From the NCBI GenBank assembly GCA_044345405.1, contig JBIJBE010000012.1, positions 20,918-84,917 on the forward strand: a DNA stretch of 64,000 nucleotides. Direction: 5' to 3'. The notes under the pieces were generated by a model, which was not told the origin of the DNA, searched no databases, and was given only the letters and a program-made list of their open reading frames with translations. Shown piece after piece: positions 1-10,349 of this stretch; position 1 is the first letter of the stretch, and the number at the start of each line of letters is the position of its first letter. A program made the position numbers and the translations under genes. The DNA comes from Bdellovibrionota bacterium. GTDB lineage: Bacteria; Bdellovibrionota_C; UBA2361; OMII01.

Positions 1-3000
1 TTTCCGTTGGAGTTTCCGTTGGTGTGTCGGTCGGCGTACTCGTCGCGGTTGCCGTAGCTGTCGTAGTTGGGGTTTCCGTTGGCGTCTCCGTGGCAGTATC
101 CGTCGGTGTGGCTGTCGGAGTGATCGTTGGCGTCTCAGTCGGTGTTGTCGTCGATGTTTCGGTTGCGGTGGCAGTGGGCGTTTCTGTTGGCGTCGTCGTT
201 TGAGTCGCCGTCGGGGTGGTTGTCGGTGTCTCGGTCGGCGTGATCGTCGGCGTCTCGGTCGGCGTCGTTGAAGGCGTAACGGTCGGTGTTTCCGTAGGTG
301 TAGTAGTCGTCGTCTCCGTCGGCGTCGTGGTTGGAGTATCCGTTGGGGTGCTGGTCGGGGTTTCCGTTGGAGTGGTCGTTGGGGTAGTCGTTGCAGTTTC
401 CGTCGGCGTGGTAGTTGGCGTCTCGGTTGGAGTGTCGGTAGGCGTACTCGTTGGCGTCTCGGTCGAGGTAGCTGTTGGAGTTTGAGTCGGCGTAGCCGTT
501 GGTGTGTCTGTTGGCGTCGAGGTCGGAGTCTCACTCGGCGTAGCGGTTGGCGTTTCAGTTGGAGTCGTTGTTGGTGTTTCCGTAGGCGTCGTTGTTGGCG
601 TTTCGGTTGGTGTAACGGTCGGTGTCTCAGTTGGGGTCTGCGTCGGCGTCTCCGTTGGCGTAGTAGTCGGCGTCTCAGTTGGGGTTGTGGTCGGTGTTTC
701 GGTCGGCGTTGTTGTTGGCGTTTCAGTTGGTGTCGTGGTCGGCGTCTCTGTTGGAGTCTGTGTCGGCGTCCGCGTTGGAGTGGTAGTCGGCGTCTCTGTT
801 GGGGTCGTTGTCGGCGTTTGAGTCGGAGTAGTAGTCGGCGTCTCAGTTGGCGTTGTAGTTGGCGTTTCCGTCGGTGTGGTTGTTGGCGTGTGTGTAGGTG
901 TTGTGGTCGGCGTCTCCGTTGGGGTCCGCGTTGGTGTCTCTGTCGGCGTCGTTGTTGGAGTCTCCGTCGGCGTTCGTGTCGGAGTTTCGGTCGGTGTGGT
1001 CGTTGGCGTCTCTGTCGGAGTGGTAGTAGGGGTCTCTGTTGGAGTGCGCGTTGGCGTTTGGGTTGGGGTATTTGTTGCTGTCTCCGTTGGTGTCGTGGTC
1101 GGCGTCTGAGTCGGAGTAGTGGTCGGAGTCTCAGTTGGCGTTGTGGTTGGCGTTTCCGTTGGGGTGGCTGTTGGGGTTGCTGTCGGCGTTGTCGTCGGTG
1201 TCTCCGTTGGGGTCACGGTCGGAGAGTGTGTCGGCGTTGTCGTCGGAGTCTCCGTTGGCGTTGTTGTTGGCGTTTCCGTCGGCGTCTGCGTCGGTGTCTC
1301 TGTTGGCGTCCTGGTAGGCGTCGTCGTTGGCGTTTCAGATGGTGTAGTAGTCGGTGTTTCCGTCGGCGTAGTTGTTGGTGTTTCGGTAGGCGTTGTCGTC
1401 GGTGTCGCCGTCGGAGTGCGCGTAGGGGTCTCTGTCGGCGTAGTCGTTGGGGTTTCTGTCGGCGTTCGTGTCGGCGTTTCAGTCGGGGTGGTCGTTGGCG
1501 TCTCTGTCGGAGTAGTAGTTGGGGTCTCTGTAGGGGTTCGCGTTGGCGTTTCTGTTGGCGTATTGGTTGCGGTCTCCGTTGGTGTGATGGTCGGAGTCTC
1601 AGTCGGAGTCGTAGTAGGTGTCTCAGTTGGCGTTGTTGTTGGGGTTTCAGTTGGCGTCATCGTCGGTGTCGCTGTCGGAGTACGAGTTGGCGTCTCGGTG
1701 GGTGTGGTCGTTGGCGTCTCTGTCGGCGTTGCTGTCGGTGTCTGTGTCGGAGTAGCGGTAGGTGTCTCTGTTGGCGTATTCGTTGGAGTCGCGGTCGGCG
1801 TAGTCGTGGCCGTCTCAGTCGGCGTTGTGGTCGGTGTCTGAGTTGGGGTGGTGGTCGGCGTCTCAGTCGGCGTCGTTGTCGGCGTTTCGGTCGGGGTGAT
1901 AGTCGGAGTCTCTGTCGGCGTCGTTGTTGGGGTCTGTGTCGGTGTCCGTGTTGGTGTTTGAGTAGGCGTGGTTGTTGGCGTTTCCGTTGGGGTCGTCGTC
2001 GCTGTTTCTGTTGGAGTGTGGGTTGGAGTTTCAGTCGGCGTAGTCGTTGCCGTGTGCGTTGGGGTGGTCGTTGGCGTTTGAGTTGGCGTAGTGGTCGGTG
2101 TTTCTGTTGGAGTAGTCGTTGGCGTTTCGGTAGGAGTAGTAGTCGGACTAGCTGTCGGAGTCTCCGTCGGCGTCGTTGTTGGGGTCTCGGTCGGTGTGCG
2201 TGTTGGCGTCTCAGTCGGCGTGGTGGTTGGGGTTTGCGTTGGTGTTGTCGTCGCTGTTTCTGTTGGAGTGTGGGTTGGAGTTTCAGTTGGCGTAGTTGTT
2301 GCCGTGCGCGTTGGGGTGGTCGTTGGCGTTTGAGTCGGCGTAGTAGTCGGTGTTTCTGTTGGAGTAGTCGTTGGCGTTTCGGTAGGAGTAGTAGTCGGAC
2401 TAGCTGTCGGAGTCTCTGTCGGCGTCGTTGTTGAGGTCTCGGTCGGTGTGCGTGTTGGCGTCTCAGTCGGCGTGGTGGTTGGCGTTTCCGTTGGGGTTGC
2501 CGTCGGGGTTTGGGTTGGCGTTCGGGTCGGAGTTTCCGTCGGTGTCGTGGTGGGGGTTTCCGTTGGGGTCGTGGTCGACGTCTGAGTCGGGCTAGCGGTA
2601 GGCGTATCCGTCGGGGTGCTGGTCGGCGTTTCGGTCTGGGTACTCGTTGGAGTTGTGGTCGGCGTGGTAGTGGGCGTCTGAGTCGGTGTAGAGGTCGGCG
2701 TCTCAGTGGACGTCTGTGTTGGAGTCTGCGTTGGTGTTGGAGTCTCCGTTGGTGTGGCAGTCGGTGTCCATGTCGGAGTTTGTGTCGGCGTGTTCGTTGG
2801 GGTTTCGGTCGGTGTCGCGGTTGAGGTCTCGGTTGGAGTAAGGGTGGCGGTCTCGGTCGGCGTGGTCGTTGGTGTCTCTGTAGGCGTCCTAGTTGGGGTC
2901 TGGGTCGGTGTACGGGTTGGCGTTTCAGTCGGTGTGATCGTGGGGGTCTCTGAAGGCGTCGTGGTTGGCGTCTCAGTTTGAGTAGCCGTGGGCGTCGTCG

Positions 3001-3150
3001 TGTAAGTACCTGTCGGCGTTTGAGTCGGTGTAGTCGTAGGCGTCTCCGTCGGTGTCAAAGTCGGAGTGCTAGTCGGTGTCGTAGTCGAGGTTGCGCTCGG
3101 ACTTTGCGTCGGTGTGCTCGTTACCGTGCTCGTTGGAGTCGGGGTCGGAG
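1..3150. repeat. Degenerate 12/24-bp coding tandem repeat (PTET/PTTT units)
   Basis: Continuous GT-rich, A-poor periodic sequence such as gtcgttggcgtctcagtcggc, varying at synonymous positions. Confidence 0.95.
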
Positions 3151-3433
3151 TCGCTATCATAACCACCTGAGAGCTCGACCCGAGGTACGATCCATTTCCT
3201 GACGTGTATTGCGCACTCGCTGTCGTTGGGAAGATAGCCATGGAAGCGATCATCCACGCACAGGCAATGACTAGTGCGGACGCGTCTTTGAGAATGAGAG
3301 CACCGCGCGACAGACAACACGTTCCCTTCCTCGCCGAGGAGGCGAGCAAGTTACTAGTGTGCGCGCTCTTATGAAGATAAGAGCACGGGTCCCTTGAAAC
3401 GCCCTCAGGGGGAGGGCGGGTATGATTATTCAC
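1..3433 (-). CDS. Very long exported Thr/Pro-rich repeat (mucin-like) protein, 3'-truncated by the window edge (>=1144 aa)
   Basis: Manual translation of the minus frame antisense to the R/W-rich + ORF 482..2434. GTG at 3433 follows AGGA, with an in-frame TGA just upstream. Hydrophobic stretch [21 protein letters not shown]|QY (AxA cleavage), then about 1050 aa of PTETPTTT-type repeats; no stop seen before position 1. Start codon uncertain. Confidence 0.85.
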   Translation of the reverse strand, partial: MNNHTRPPPEGVSRDPCSYLHKSAHTSNLLASSARKGTCCLSRGALILKDASALVIACAWMIASMAIFPTTASAQYTSGNGSYLGSSSQVVMIATPTPTPTSTVTSTPTQSPSATSTTTPTSTPTLTPTETPTTTPTQTPTGTYTTTPTATQTETPTTTPSETPTITPTETPTRTPTQTPTRTPTETPTTTPTETATLTPTETSTATPTETPTNTPTQTPTWTPTATPTETPTPTQTPTQTSTETPTSTPTQTPTTTPTTTPTSTQTETPTSTPTDTPTASPTQTSTTTPTETPTTTPTETPTRTPTQTPTATPTETPTTTPTETPTRTPTETSTTTPTETPTASPTTTPTETPTTTPTETPTTTPTQTPTTTPTRTATTTPTETPTHTPTETATTTPTQTPTTTPTETPTRTPTETPTTTPTETPTASPTTTPTETPTTTPTETPTTTPTQTPTTTPTHTATTTPTETPTHTPTETATTTPTETPTTTPTQTPTRTPTQTPTTTPTETPTITPTETPTTTPTETPTTTPTQTPTTTPTETATTTPTATPTNTPTETPTATPTQTPTATPTETPTTTPTETPTRTPTATPTMTPTETPTTTPTETPTTTPTETPTITPTETATNTPTETPTRTPTETPTTTPTETPTTTPTETPTRTPTETPTTTPTETPTRTPTATPTTTPTETPTTTPTETPTTTPSETPTTTPTRTPTETPTQTPTETPTTTPTETPTTTPTHSPTVTPTETPTTTPTATPTATPTETPTTTPTETPTTTPTQTPTTTPTETATNTPTQTPTRTPTETPTTTPTETPTTTPTETPTRTPTETPTTTPTETPTRTPTETPTTTPTHTPTTTPTETPTTTPTETPTTTPTQTPTTTPTETPTTTPTRTPTQTPTETPTTTPTETPTTTPTETPTTTPTETPTTTPTETPTQTPTETPTVTPTETPTTTPTETPTTTPTETPTATPSETPTSTPTDTPTATPTQTPTATSTETPTSTPTDTPTETPTTTPTETATTTPTTTPTETPTSTPTDTPTTTPTETTTTTPTETPTVTPSTTPTETPTITPTETPTTTPTATQTTTPTETPTATATETSTTTPTETPTITPTATPTDTATETPTETPTTTATATATSTPTDTPTETPTE

Positions 3434-3628
3434 TCAAGTCCTAAATCGTCAGAATGAATTCAGGGGTTTAGGGCTTTTGGGATCGGACGAACTGATCCGC
3501 CATAATATTTTCAGGGGGTTATGCGGATAGTCGTGAAAAATATGCCTCGAGGTGGGGGCAGGTGCCCCTCGAATTCACGGCGAACCAGAACGCTCTTTCC
3601 GAGGGATGGTCGATTGAAAAACCGCAAC

Positions 3629-6592
3629 CTACTGGGCCGGAAATCTCTTAATTTGAACTGGGAAGTTCGCCACGTAATCACGCGCCACCCCGAGGGTGTA
3701 GCGTACCTCGTCGACGTAGCCGCCGCTGTAGTTACTACCACCGGCTCCACCTCCCATCGTGGGATTCGTCGAGCCTGTGTTGGCGGTTGCATTATAATAG
3801 GCGCCTATCATCTTACCGCTCTCGTAGAATCGAAACCAACTGCCCTTCCGCTGAACACGTATGTGATAGAAGGTGTTGGCTGCGGGAAGAGTCCTGGACA
3901 ATATGTTCGGATACGTACTTGCGTTAAAAGACAAGTGAAAAGTAACCGCCAGGGTATTGGTAGAGACCCGCATGAAGGAGGTCCCCATGAGAGTTCGCCC
4001 CGCTGCAATAAAATTCCCCTGAACCCACCCCTCCCATGTCCAATCCGAGGAACCGACATCGAAGCGCCCATCGTTAGTAAGAACAATATTGGTATTGTTA
4101 GTAATAAACCCAGCGGATTTCGAACCGAATTTCGGATAGCTCGTCGAGATAGGATTGCCGCCTCCGGTAGAAATTGTTGCCACCGGCGTAGCCGATGAGT
4201 CAACGATAGGGCTCGCCTCCATGTGCATCAACAGCTTAACATTACTCCATTCCGGATCTGTATCATCGAACGCCTGTGTAGGCTCCGTAAAACTAAAATA
4301 GGAGCTATATCGGTCCACTCCTTTCGTAATTCGCAGCTCGTCTACCTGACCGTAGGTGTAGACGGTGCTGGCTCCTCCTATCCTAAGATTATTCGTTGAA
4401 TTGAATAACGCCGTGGTCGAATAACTGGCATTTGAATCGTGCGGAACACCATCAATGAATAGAAAAAAGATTCCATCACGCCGCGTGAATGCAACGTTAT
4501 ACCATGTATTCAAAGAAAGCGTTGAGGCCGAAGTTACTACCGCTGCGGCACCCAGCCAGGCACTACCAGTGCTTGAGCAATACACAGAGAGTATTCCCGT
4601 CGATGCTCGATTGATAACAAACGGTCCGTATCCCGTTCCCGTTCGCTGCCCGATTATTTCTGCATTTGTTGGATTCGAGGTCGGTCGATACCAAAACTCT
4701 ATGGTAAAGTCTCCCGATCCAAAATCCCAATCATTGGAATCGGCGAGATCAATGTAGTCACCTACACCATCAAAGGCTAACGCGGCGCTCCCAATTTTGT
4801 AATTACTGGCGCTTGTCTGCGTGTTGCCGTAGACGTTTACAGTTTTAGCGGAGGACGAGCTATCGACGATCGTTGTTCCTGCGTCAGCACCATCGCCTCT
4901 CAACAGAAGCACCACGTTAGACCAATACGGATCAGTTTCACGCGGCTCAGAGCGAGCTCCTCGCCCTCCCCTCGTTGAATCGCGAGTCGCCACTGTGGTG
5001 GAGGCATAGTATCGGTCGGAGAGCTTGGTGTAGGAGGACGCCACATCCCAGCTTCCTCCTCGAAGACCCACGCCAGCGGCGGTCGTTCCAGGCCAGTTCG
5101 TTGCGTTAGCGTCACCACTCGCGTCGAGTACGCCATCACCGTGAATATTGCCGTCGAACGAGCGCCCAGAGCTTGAGCCAAGGGATATGACTCGTTCCCA
5201 CACGTTACCCGAGAGATCCATTACACCGAAGAAGCCTGCTCCCGCACCCTCTCTCGTCGATGCTCCCGCGCCAAAACTTCCAACTCTCGTTGGGCCCTGC
5301 ACGTTGCTGTCATTACCATACGTGATGTTCGTTCCACTCCCGCCACGCTCACTCGAAAGACCCCCGTCTGAGATGCTCGTCGCCTGGGTAATGTTGGTAC
5401 TCCCCCACGAGTACTCTCCCGACACCGCGGAACTTTGCCCCCTCCCCGCCTTCTCAAATTCAAGCTCAGTAGTCGGTCGCAATCCCGCCCAATCAAGGTA
5501 CGCTGCCACATCTGCCCATGAGAGATAGTTCATCCCGACGTGCTCATAGGTCGCTCCACTTCCCTGATCGGGAAGCGTGGCATCGCCACTCGACCAACTC
5601 ACATTATTTCGATTCGAGAGACTATCGGTATTCTTTCCACCATTAGAGCTACCAGTAATGTCTCGCGAGGACTTTTGAGTGTTCGTGAGCGTGTTGAAAA
5701 ACTTAACCCACTGCCCCTGACTTATCTCACCCTTCATGAGGTAAAAACCGCCGAATCCCTTCGGATAGGACGCAGCCAAGGTGAACGCGGAGCCAGCGGA
5801 ATCTCCACTTCCATCTCCTGTACCTGGATAATAGTAGATGGAGGCGTTAGTTCCACTTCCGCTCGTATTGCCCGCGGAATTCGTCACGCTGAGAGCGTCC
5901 TCTGCCCCAATCCTCCATGGATCGGTGTCGGAGCTCCCCTGCTTCAATGCTGCTGACGATGTGGCGTTATCACCCGCGTAGAAGGCGCCCTCCCTCACAT
6001 ACACCATCTCGATGGCGAAGACCTGAACCTCTACTGAGGAGGTGATGTTGACACTATCGGCACCGTAGTTCCAACTCACACTGACACCAGATGGAGAGAA
6101 CGTTCCGGTACCGTCAGCACTTCGATACACGAAGACACCGACTCCGGGATTCGTGGATATGTTAAATGACGAGGAAGGATCCGCCAAACCAACCGCAACC
6201 GTCGCGCTTGAAGGACCGGAATTACCGCTGTTGTTTAACCGCGCATGCGTCCACGCGCCACTACCGACTCGATATTTGACGAATACCCAGGCGGCGTCCC
6301 AATTGCTCGTTCCACTACTGGTTCGCCAGGAGTGATCCCAGCTCAGGTTGAACGTAATCGGAACGTTGCCAGTAGCGATATCAGGGGAACCGAGAGCTAT
6401 GTTCGAAACCGAGATGCCGGTGCAGTAGGCGAGTCGTGGAGCTACCACACCCAACAGGAAAACGACTACCACGATAGCGGCCGTTATCTCTCTGACTCTG
6501 GCGACGAGCTCACTCCGCGCCACATACGACCGAGACTGTGAGTCGTGAAAGACAGTATTCGCCACTGTATCTTCGTACCCTAGTTTTTTCAT
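3629..6592 (-). CDS. Exported multidomain protein: FGE-sulfatase (SUMF1/EgtB/PvdO, C-type lectin fold) domain plus two C-terminal LamG/concanavalin A-like domains
   Basis: N-terminal hydrophobic segment. FGE motifs GLRPTTELEFEKAGRG, GVMDLSGNVWE and RGGSW. Two repeats begin DPYWSNVVLLL / DPEWSNVKLLM and contain DFTIEFW, WYNVAFTR and GQVDELRITKG. Confidence 0.85.
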   Translation of the reverse strand: MKKLGYEDTVANTVFHDSQSRSYVARSELVARVREITAAIVVVVFLLGVVAPRLAYCTGISVSNIALGSPDIATGNVPITFNLSWDHSWRTSSGTSNWDAAWVFVKYRVGSGAWTHARLNNSGNSGPSSATVAVGLADPSSSFNISTNPGVGVFVYRSADGTGTFSPSGVSVSWNYGADSVNITSSVEVQVFAIEMVYVREGAFYAGDNATSSAALKQGSSDTDPWRIGAEDALSVTNSAGNTSGSGTNASIYYYPGTGDGSGDSAGSAFTLAASYPKGFGGFYLMKGEISQGQWVKFFNTLTNTQKSSRDITGSSNGGKNTDSLSNRNNVSWSSGDATLPDQGSGATYEHVGMNYLSWADVAAYLDWAGLRPTTELEFEKAGRGQSSAVSGEYSWGSTNITQATSISDGGLSSERGGSGTNITYGNDSNVQGPTRVGSFGAGASTREGAGAGFFGVMDLSGNVWERVISLGSSSGRSFDGNIHGDGVLDASGDANATNWPGTTAAGVGLRGGSWDVASSYTKLSDRYYASTTVATRDSTRGGRGARSEPRETDPYWSNVVLLLRGDGADAGTTIVDSSSSAKTVNVYGNTQTSASNYKIGSAALAFDGVGDYIDLADSNDWDFGSGDFTIEFWYRPTSNPTNAEIIGQRTGTGYGPFVINRASTGILSVYCSSTGSAWLGAAAVVTSASTLSLNTWYNVAFTRRDGIFFLFIDGVPHDSNASYSTTALFNSTNNLRIGGASTVYTYGQVDELRITKGVDRYSSYFSFTEPTQAFDDTDPEWSNVKLLMHMEASPIVDSSATPVATISTGGGNPISTSYPKFGSKSAGFITNNTNIVLTNDGRFDVGSSDWTWEGWVQGNFIAAGRTLMGTSFMRVSTNTLAVTFHLSFNASTYPNILSRTLPAANTFYHIRVQRKGSWFRFYESGKMIGAYYNATANTGSTNPTMGGGAGGSNYSGGYVDEVRYTLGVARDYVANFPVQIKRFPAQ

Positions 6593-7444
6593 ACCTCTCT
6601 TTTTATACCGCTAAAGCTCCAAGGCTGATTACCTCGGCTAGGCGGGCCCTCTCTGTAGGTATGTATCCTCTTGAATCCCAATTGAAAAGTACGGCAATGA
6701 GCAACTCGTTTGATAGAGCGACACGGTTGAGGCAAGACATGAGGAACCGAAGCGCTTTTCGGCTCGTTCGGCCCGTTTATCAGGGGAAAAGCCCATCCCA
6801 TCCCGTCCTGCTGAGCCTTCCCTTCATTCGGGACCGGGCATGAAAACTCTTCGATTCGAACAGCGGATATCCTCCTGATTTGGGAGCCCCAAAGCTTCTG
6901 GGAACAGCAGGGTTCCCGTTGCTGCCACGCCGCTTCGACCTTTTTCCATTCACAGGCAACCGCGGACACTTGAGGGAACAGAGGATATGCCACCTCCACC
7001 CACCTTGCCGCTCACACGAACGCACACACCGAGGGTCGCCGGCCGGAGCCCCCATGAGCCCCTACGTGCGAGAGGGCGGACCGAACGCGCCGAAGAGCGC
7101 TCCGTTCGAGTCGAGCTTATCCGATTTTTTACACCGCTCATGCAGCGGGGGAGAAAGGTTCGTGAAAAGCGGAAGTAAGGGAGGTCACTGAGCCGTATCC
7201 GCCAGGGTTGTATCACCCGTCGATGCCAAAGCTTGCCAAGGTAGTGGGACGCTAGTGTTCCTACGCACCAGAGTTTTGCGTTCTCCGGTTCTCAGGGCAC
7301 GCGTGTATCTAGTGCCCGATTCCAGTCATTATTCGAGCAAATTAACCACCAATCGCGGCGTTGAGCCGTACCTCAAAGCCGTACTCTCTTGTACGCTCTT
7401 GGGGTAAGTAGCCCCGGCTCAGAGGAAAAACCCCGATGCTTAGT

Positions 7445-9898
7445 TTAGACCTGCACCCCGCTGGTAGGTGAAGCAAAAGGCTTTGTCGTACCGACGGGTG
7501 GATTGGTGGGCTCGCCAGGAACCGAGCATGTACCGTTAGAACCGCAGACCTGATTAGGCTGACAGCAATTATTTCCGGCGCTACCCTGGCAGAGCTGGGT
7601 TCCGAGCGGACACTCGAGATTTTCGGTGCATCCTCCCGCCAACGTACCGTCTCCTGCAGTACTCCATGTACAGCCCCATCCACTTGGACAACAAACATCA
7701 CCACACGCGACTCCTCCGCAGCAGCTTCCATTTGGTAAGCAAACGGCTCCAGGATCACAACAGTTTGCCGTCTGTCCATCGGGCGAGTTGGGATCGATGC
7801 TCGGCCCTGTACAGCTCGACTTTGGATACGCACATCCATCAAGCGATTGATCGGCACAGCCAGCACTTCCGTCTGAATTCCAGACACATCCAGTCGAACC
7901 GTTACCTGGACAGCAGATAGATCCACACATAATACCATTCGGGCACGGATTGGTTGTTGGGCTCGCTACTGTTGTCGCTGTAGCCGTAACTACAGGGGAC
8001 CTCGTCGCCCCCGGAGTGGGAGTCCCCGACGAATCACACGAACCGCTTCCATCCGGACCTATAGTGCACTCCCCGTAACAGCATATGTCGTTACACATCA
8101 CCCCGTTCATGCACGGGTCTACCGTTGGGGTGCTTTCTGGAGTCGGATTAAATCGTCGGACGCATGTCGCGGTTCCATCCGTGCTGACGGTGCACTCTCC
8201 TTCACAACACGCCCCGTTACACATCACTCCCGAACATGGAGGAACGGGATCTTCAGGGGTCGGAGAGTACCGTTGAACGCAGGTCGCAGTCCCATCTTGT
8301 TCGACTGAACAGTCACCAGGACAGCAGGCGCCGTTACACATGACGCCGTTCGGACAGGGGTCCGCTGTGGGGGTGGGGGTGTCATACGGAGTTGGGGTCG
8401 CCGTCACCGATGGGGTCGCGCTTGGGGTGCTAGTTTTTGTCGGGGTCGTTGTCGGGCTAACGCTCGCCGAAGGGGTCGCGGTCAGACTAGCTGTACCCGT
8501 TGCCGTAGCAGTGTTCGTTGCCGTTTGCGTTGGTGTGCCCGTCGCGGTTTGTGTGGGCGTAGTGGTCGCGCTCAGGGTTGGTGTGGTTGTGCGCGTAGCC
8601 GTTGGTGTATCCGTAGGGGGCATCGTTGGCGTCAAAGTGGCGGTCAATGTTGGTATATTCGTCGGTGTCCTGCTTGGGGTTTGCGTTGGTGTCGCAGTTG
8701 ACGTTTCTGTCGGATTCGTGGTTGCTGTCTGTGTCGACGTAATTGTCGCGGTCCGAGTCGGTGTCGTGGCAGGTGTCGCTGTTGGCGTCGCGGTCGATGT
8801 ATGCGTCACTGACTGCGTCGGAGTTACGGTTGAGGTCGCGGTTGGCGACTGCGTTGACGTTTTAGTTGGCGTCGCAGCCGCCGTAGTCGTCGAGGTACTT
8901 GTTGGAGTCTGGCTCGCCGCAACGGTAGGAGTCATGGTTACGGTATTAGTTGCTGTTTGAGTCGCCGTCTCGGTCGGAATAATAGTAGCAGTTGCCGTGG
9001 GGGTCGTTGTTGGAGTCTTTGTGGCGGTACACGTCGGTGTCTGACTTGGCGTCGCGGTCGCGGTCTGGCTTGACGTGCTTGTCGAGGTCACGGTTGGATT
9101 CTGAGTCGGCGTGTCGGTCGCAGAGCTTGTAGCGCTCGCGGTTGACGTCGGGGTGGCGGTCGGAGTTTTCGTTGGCATGGATGTCGAAGTCTGCGTTGGA
9201 GATGCCGTTACCGTCGCCGTAGGCGTCGGTGTGCAGGGCGGCGCGATTAACGTCCGCGATGAAGGGCATGCATCGCCACCACACTTCGCGGGGGAGATGA
9301 TGTTCACAGTTATGGTGTAGGGTAGTCCACATAGGATCGGATTCGGCAAGACGGACTCGGTGTACAGACAATCCGTGGGCGGTACCGGTTGTTGAAAGCA
9401 CGTCGTGCCTCCAGCGTCAGGACAGGAGTGCTTTAAGCACTCGGTGTCGGCTGGACACACGATCGGGGGGGAATCCACACAGGTCCCGTTGCCATCGCAC
9501 CGACTGTGCTGTTGGCATGCACCAGTGGCCTCACGACAAATGAAACCTGCATCTTTTGGAAAATCCCCGACCACACAAATGGCGTTCCCACCCGATTTTT
9601 CGCAAATTGACTTTGTATCCATGCACTCGCTAACGGTAACAGGGTCTGAGCAAGCGGCGCCTACCGGAATCACCTCGAGGCCTTGAAGACACCCATTTGC
9701 CAATCCAAACTGTTCAGGCCCCTGGATCATGGGAGTGGAAGGCGGCGTCGGGGGAACCTGACTTACCGTCTCAATATCCCTCGCCGTCGCTGGAATCGCA
9801 CTTGAGTCAGGAACCGGCAGAGCTCCGAAAAGGAGGACTACATAAGCTAAGAAAACGAAGACGACCGACAGGTGAGAGTAACGTATCCTCATCTTCAT
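7445..9898 (-). CDS. Exported Cys-rich protein with a central Thr/Pro stalk (disintegrin-like N-terminal Cys region, C-terminal CC-containing repeats)
   Basis: Signal-like segment HLSVVFVFLAYVVLLFGA; GFICREATGACQQHSRCDG; about 290 aa of T/P repeats; repeated C-x-x-G-V-M-C-N-x-x-CC modules. ATG 9898 preferred over the TTG at 9979. Confidence 0.85.
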   Translation of the reverse strand: MKMRIRYSHLSVVFVFLAYVVLLFGALPVPDSSAIPATARDIETVSQVPPTPPSTPMIQGPEQFGLANGCLQGLEVIPVGAACSDPVTVSECMDTKSICEKSGGNAICVVGDFPKDAGFICREATGACQQHSRCDGNGTCVDSPPIVCPADTECLKHSCPDAGGTTCFQQPVPPTDCLYTESVLPNPILCGLPYTITVNIISPAKCGGDACPSSRTLIAPPCTPTPTATVTASPTQTSTSMPTKTPTATPTSTASATSSATDTPTQNPTVTSTSTSSQTATATPSQTPTCTATKTPTTTPTATATIIPTETATQTATNTVTMTPTVAASQTPTSTSTTTAAATPTKTSTQSPTATSTVTPTQSVTHTSTATPTATPATTPTRTATITSTQTATTNPTETSTATPTQTPSRTPTNIPTLTATLTPTMPPTDTPTATRTTTPTLSATTTPTQTATGTPTQTATNTATATGTASLTATPSASVSPTTTPTKTSTPSATPSVTATPTPYDTPTPTADPCPNGVMCNGACCPGDCSVEQDGTATCVQRYSPTPEDPVPPCSGVMCNGACCEGECTVSTDGTATCVRRFNPTPESTPTVDPCMNGVMCNDICCYGECTIGPDGSGSCDSSGTPTPGATRSPVVTATATTVASPTTNPCPNGIMCGSICCPGNGSTGCVWNSDGSAGCADQSLDGCAYPKSSCTGPSIDPNSPDGQTANCCDPGAVCLPNGSCCGGVACGDVCCPSGWGCTWSTAGDGTLAGGCTENLECPLGTQLCQGSAGNNCCQPNQVCGSNGTCSVPGEPTNPPVGTTKPFASPTSGVQV

Positions 9899-10115
9899 GA
9901 TTCGAACGTAATCGTGAGAGCGCCGGGGTCCAACAAGATAAGTAAAATGACTAGAGTCATTCGCTTTTTCCCGTATCAAGGCGAGACATCGTCATGTCGC
10001 CAACAAAACTCAACAGAATTTGGAGAAATGGCACCGAGGCAAATTCGCTAAAATTAGACTTAAGAGATAACCACGCGGGAGGCGGTGTCGCAAGGCTCTC
10101 TCTACCCTACCCGGA

Positions 10116-10300
10116 TTTTCTCTGTAGGGGGGCTACTCTGTTGTTTCGTTTTTTCTCTGTAGGGGGGCTGATCTGCCCCCTCAGTTAGTACCAGCCCTGA
10201 TTTTTTTCTCTGTAGGGGGGCTACTCTGTTGTTTCGTTTTTCTCTGTAGGGGGGCTACTCTGTTACTCTGTTGTTTCGTTTCGTTGTAGGGGGGCTACTT
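10116..10300 (+). repeat. Array of five GTAG-type REP-like units (TGTAGGGGGGCT) upstream of the RAYT gene
   Basis: Core at 10123, 10158, 10211, 10245 and 10285. Copy 2 is GTAG plus the hairpin GGGGGC-TGATCT-GCCCCC. Confidence 0.85.
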
Positions 10301-10349
10301 CCTCCGCCTCTATCAGCAACTCTTCCCTCGTTTTCCCGAATAGCTACTC

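Noticed and set aside
216-3202. Plus-strand VGVSVGV and R/W/C-rich ORFs (also 8340-9320)
   Set aside because: Antisense shadows of the minus-strand Thr/Pro repeats; they are broken by TGA wherever the real gene has Gln-Thr codons, and they have no RBS or signal peptide
4940-5080. Possible diversity-generating retroelement variable region (FGE/C-type lectin RGGSW...GGR end)
   Set aside because: No near-identical template repeat and no reverse transcriptase seen in the window; one acting in trans cannot be excluded
7221-7310. GAACGCAAAAC motif reminiscent of a c-di-GMP-I riboswitch upstream of the FGE/LamG gene
   Set aside because: Lacks the GGCAAA...GAAA stem and a closing P1
6589-7342. Several short overlapping ORFs between the two surface-protein genes
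   Set aside because: No motifs, mutually overlapping frames and no convincing RBS; treated as intergenic
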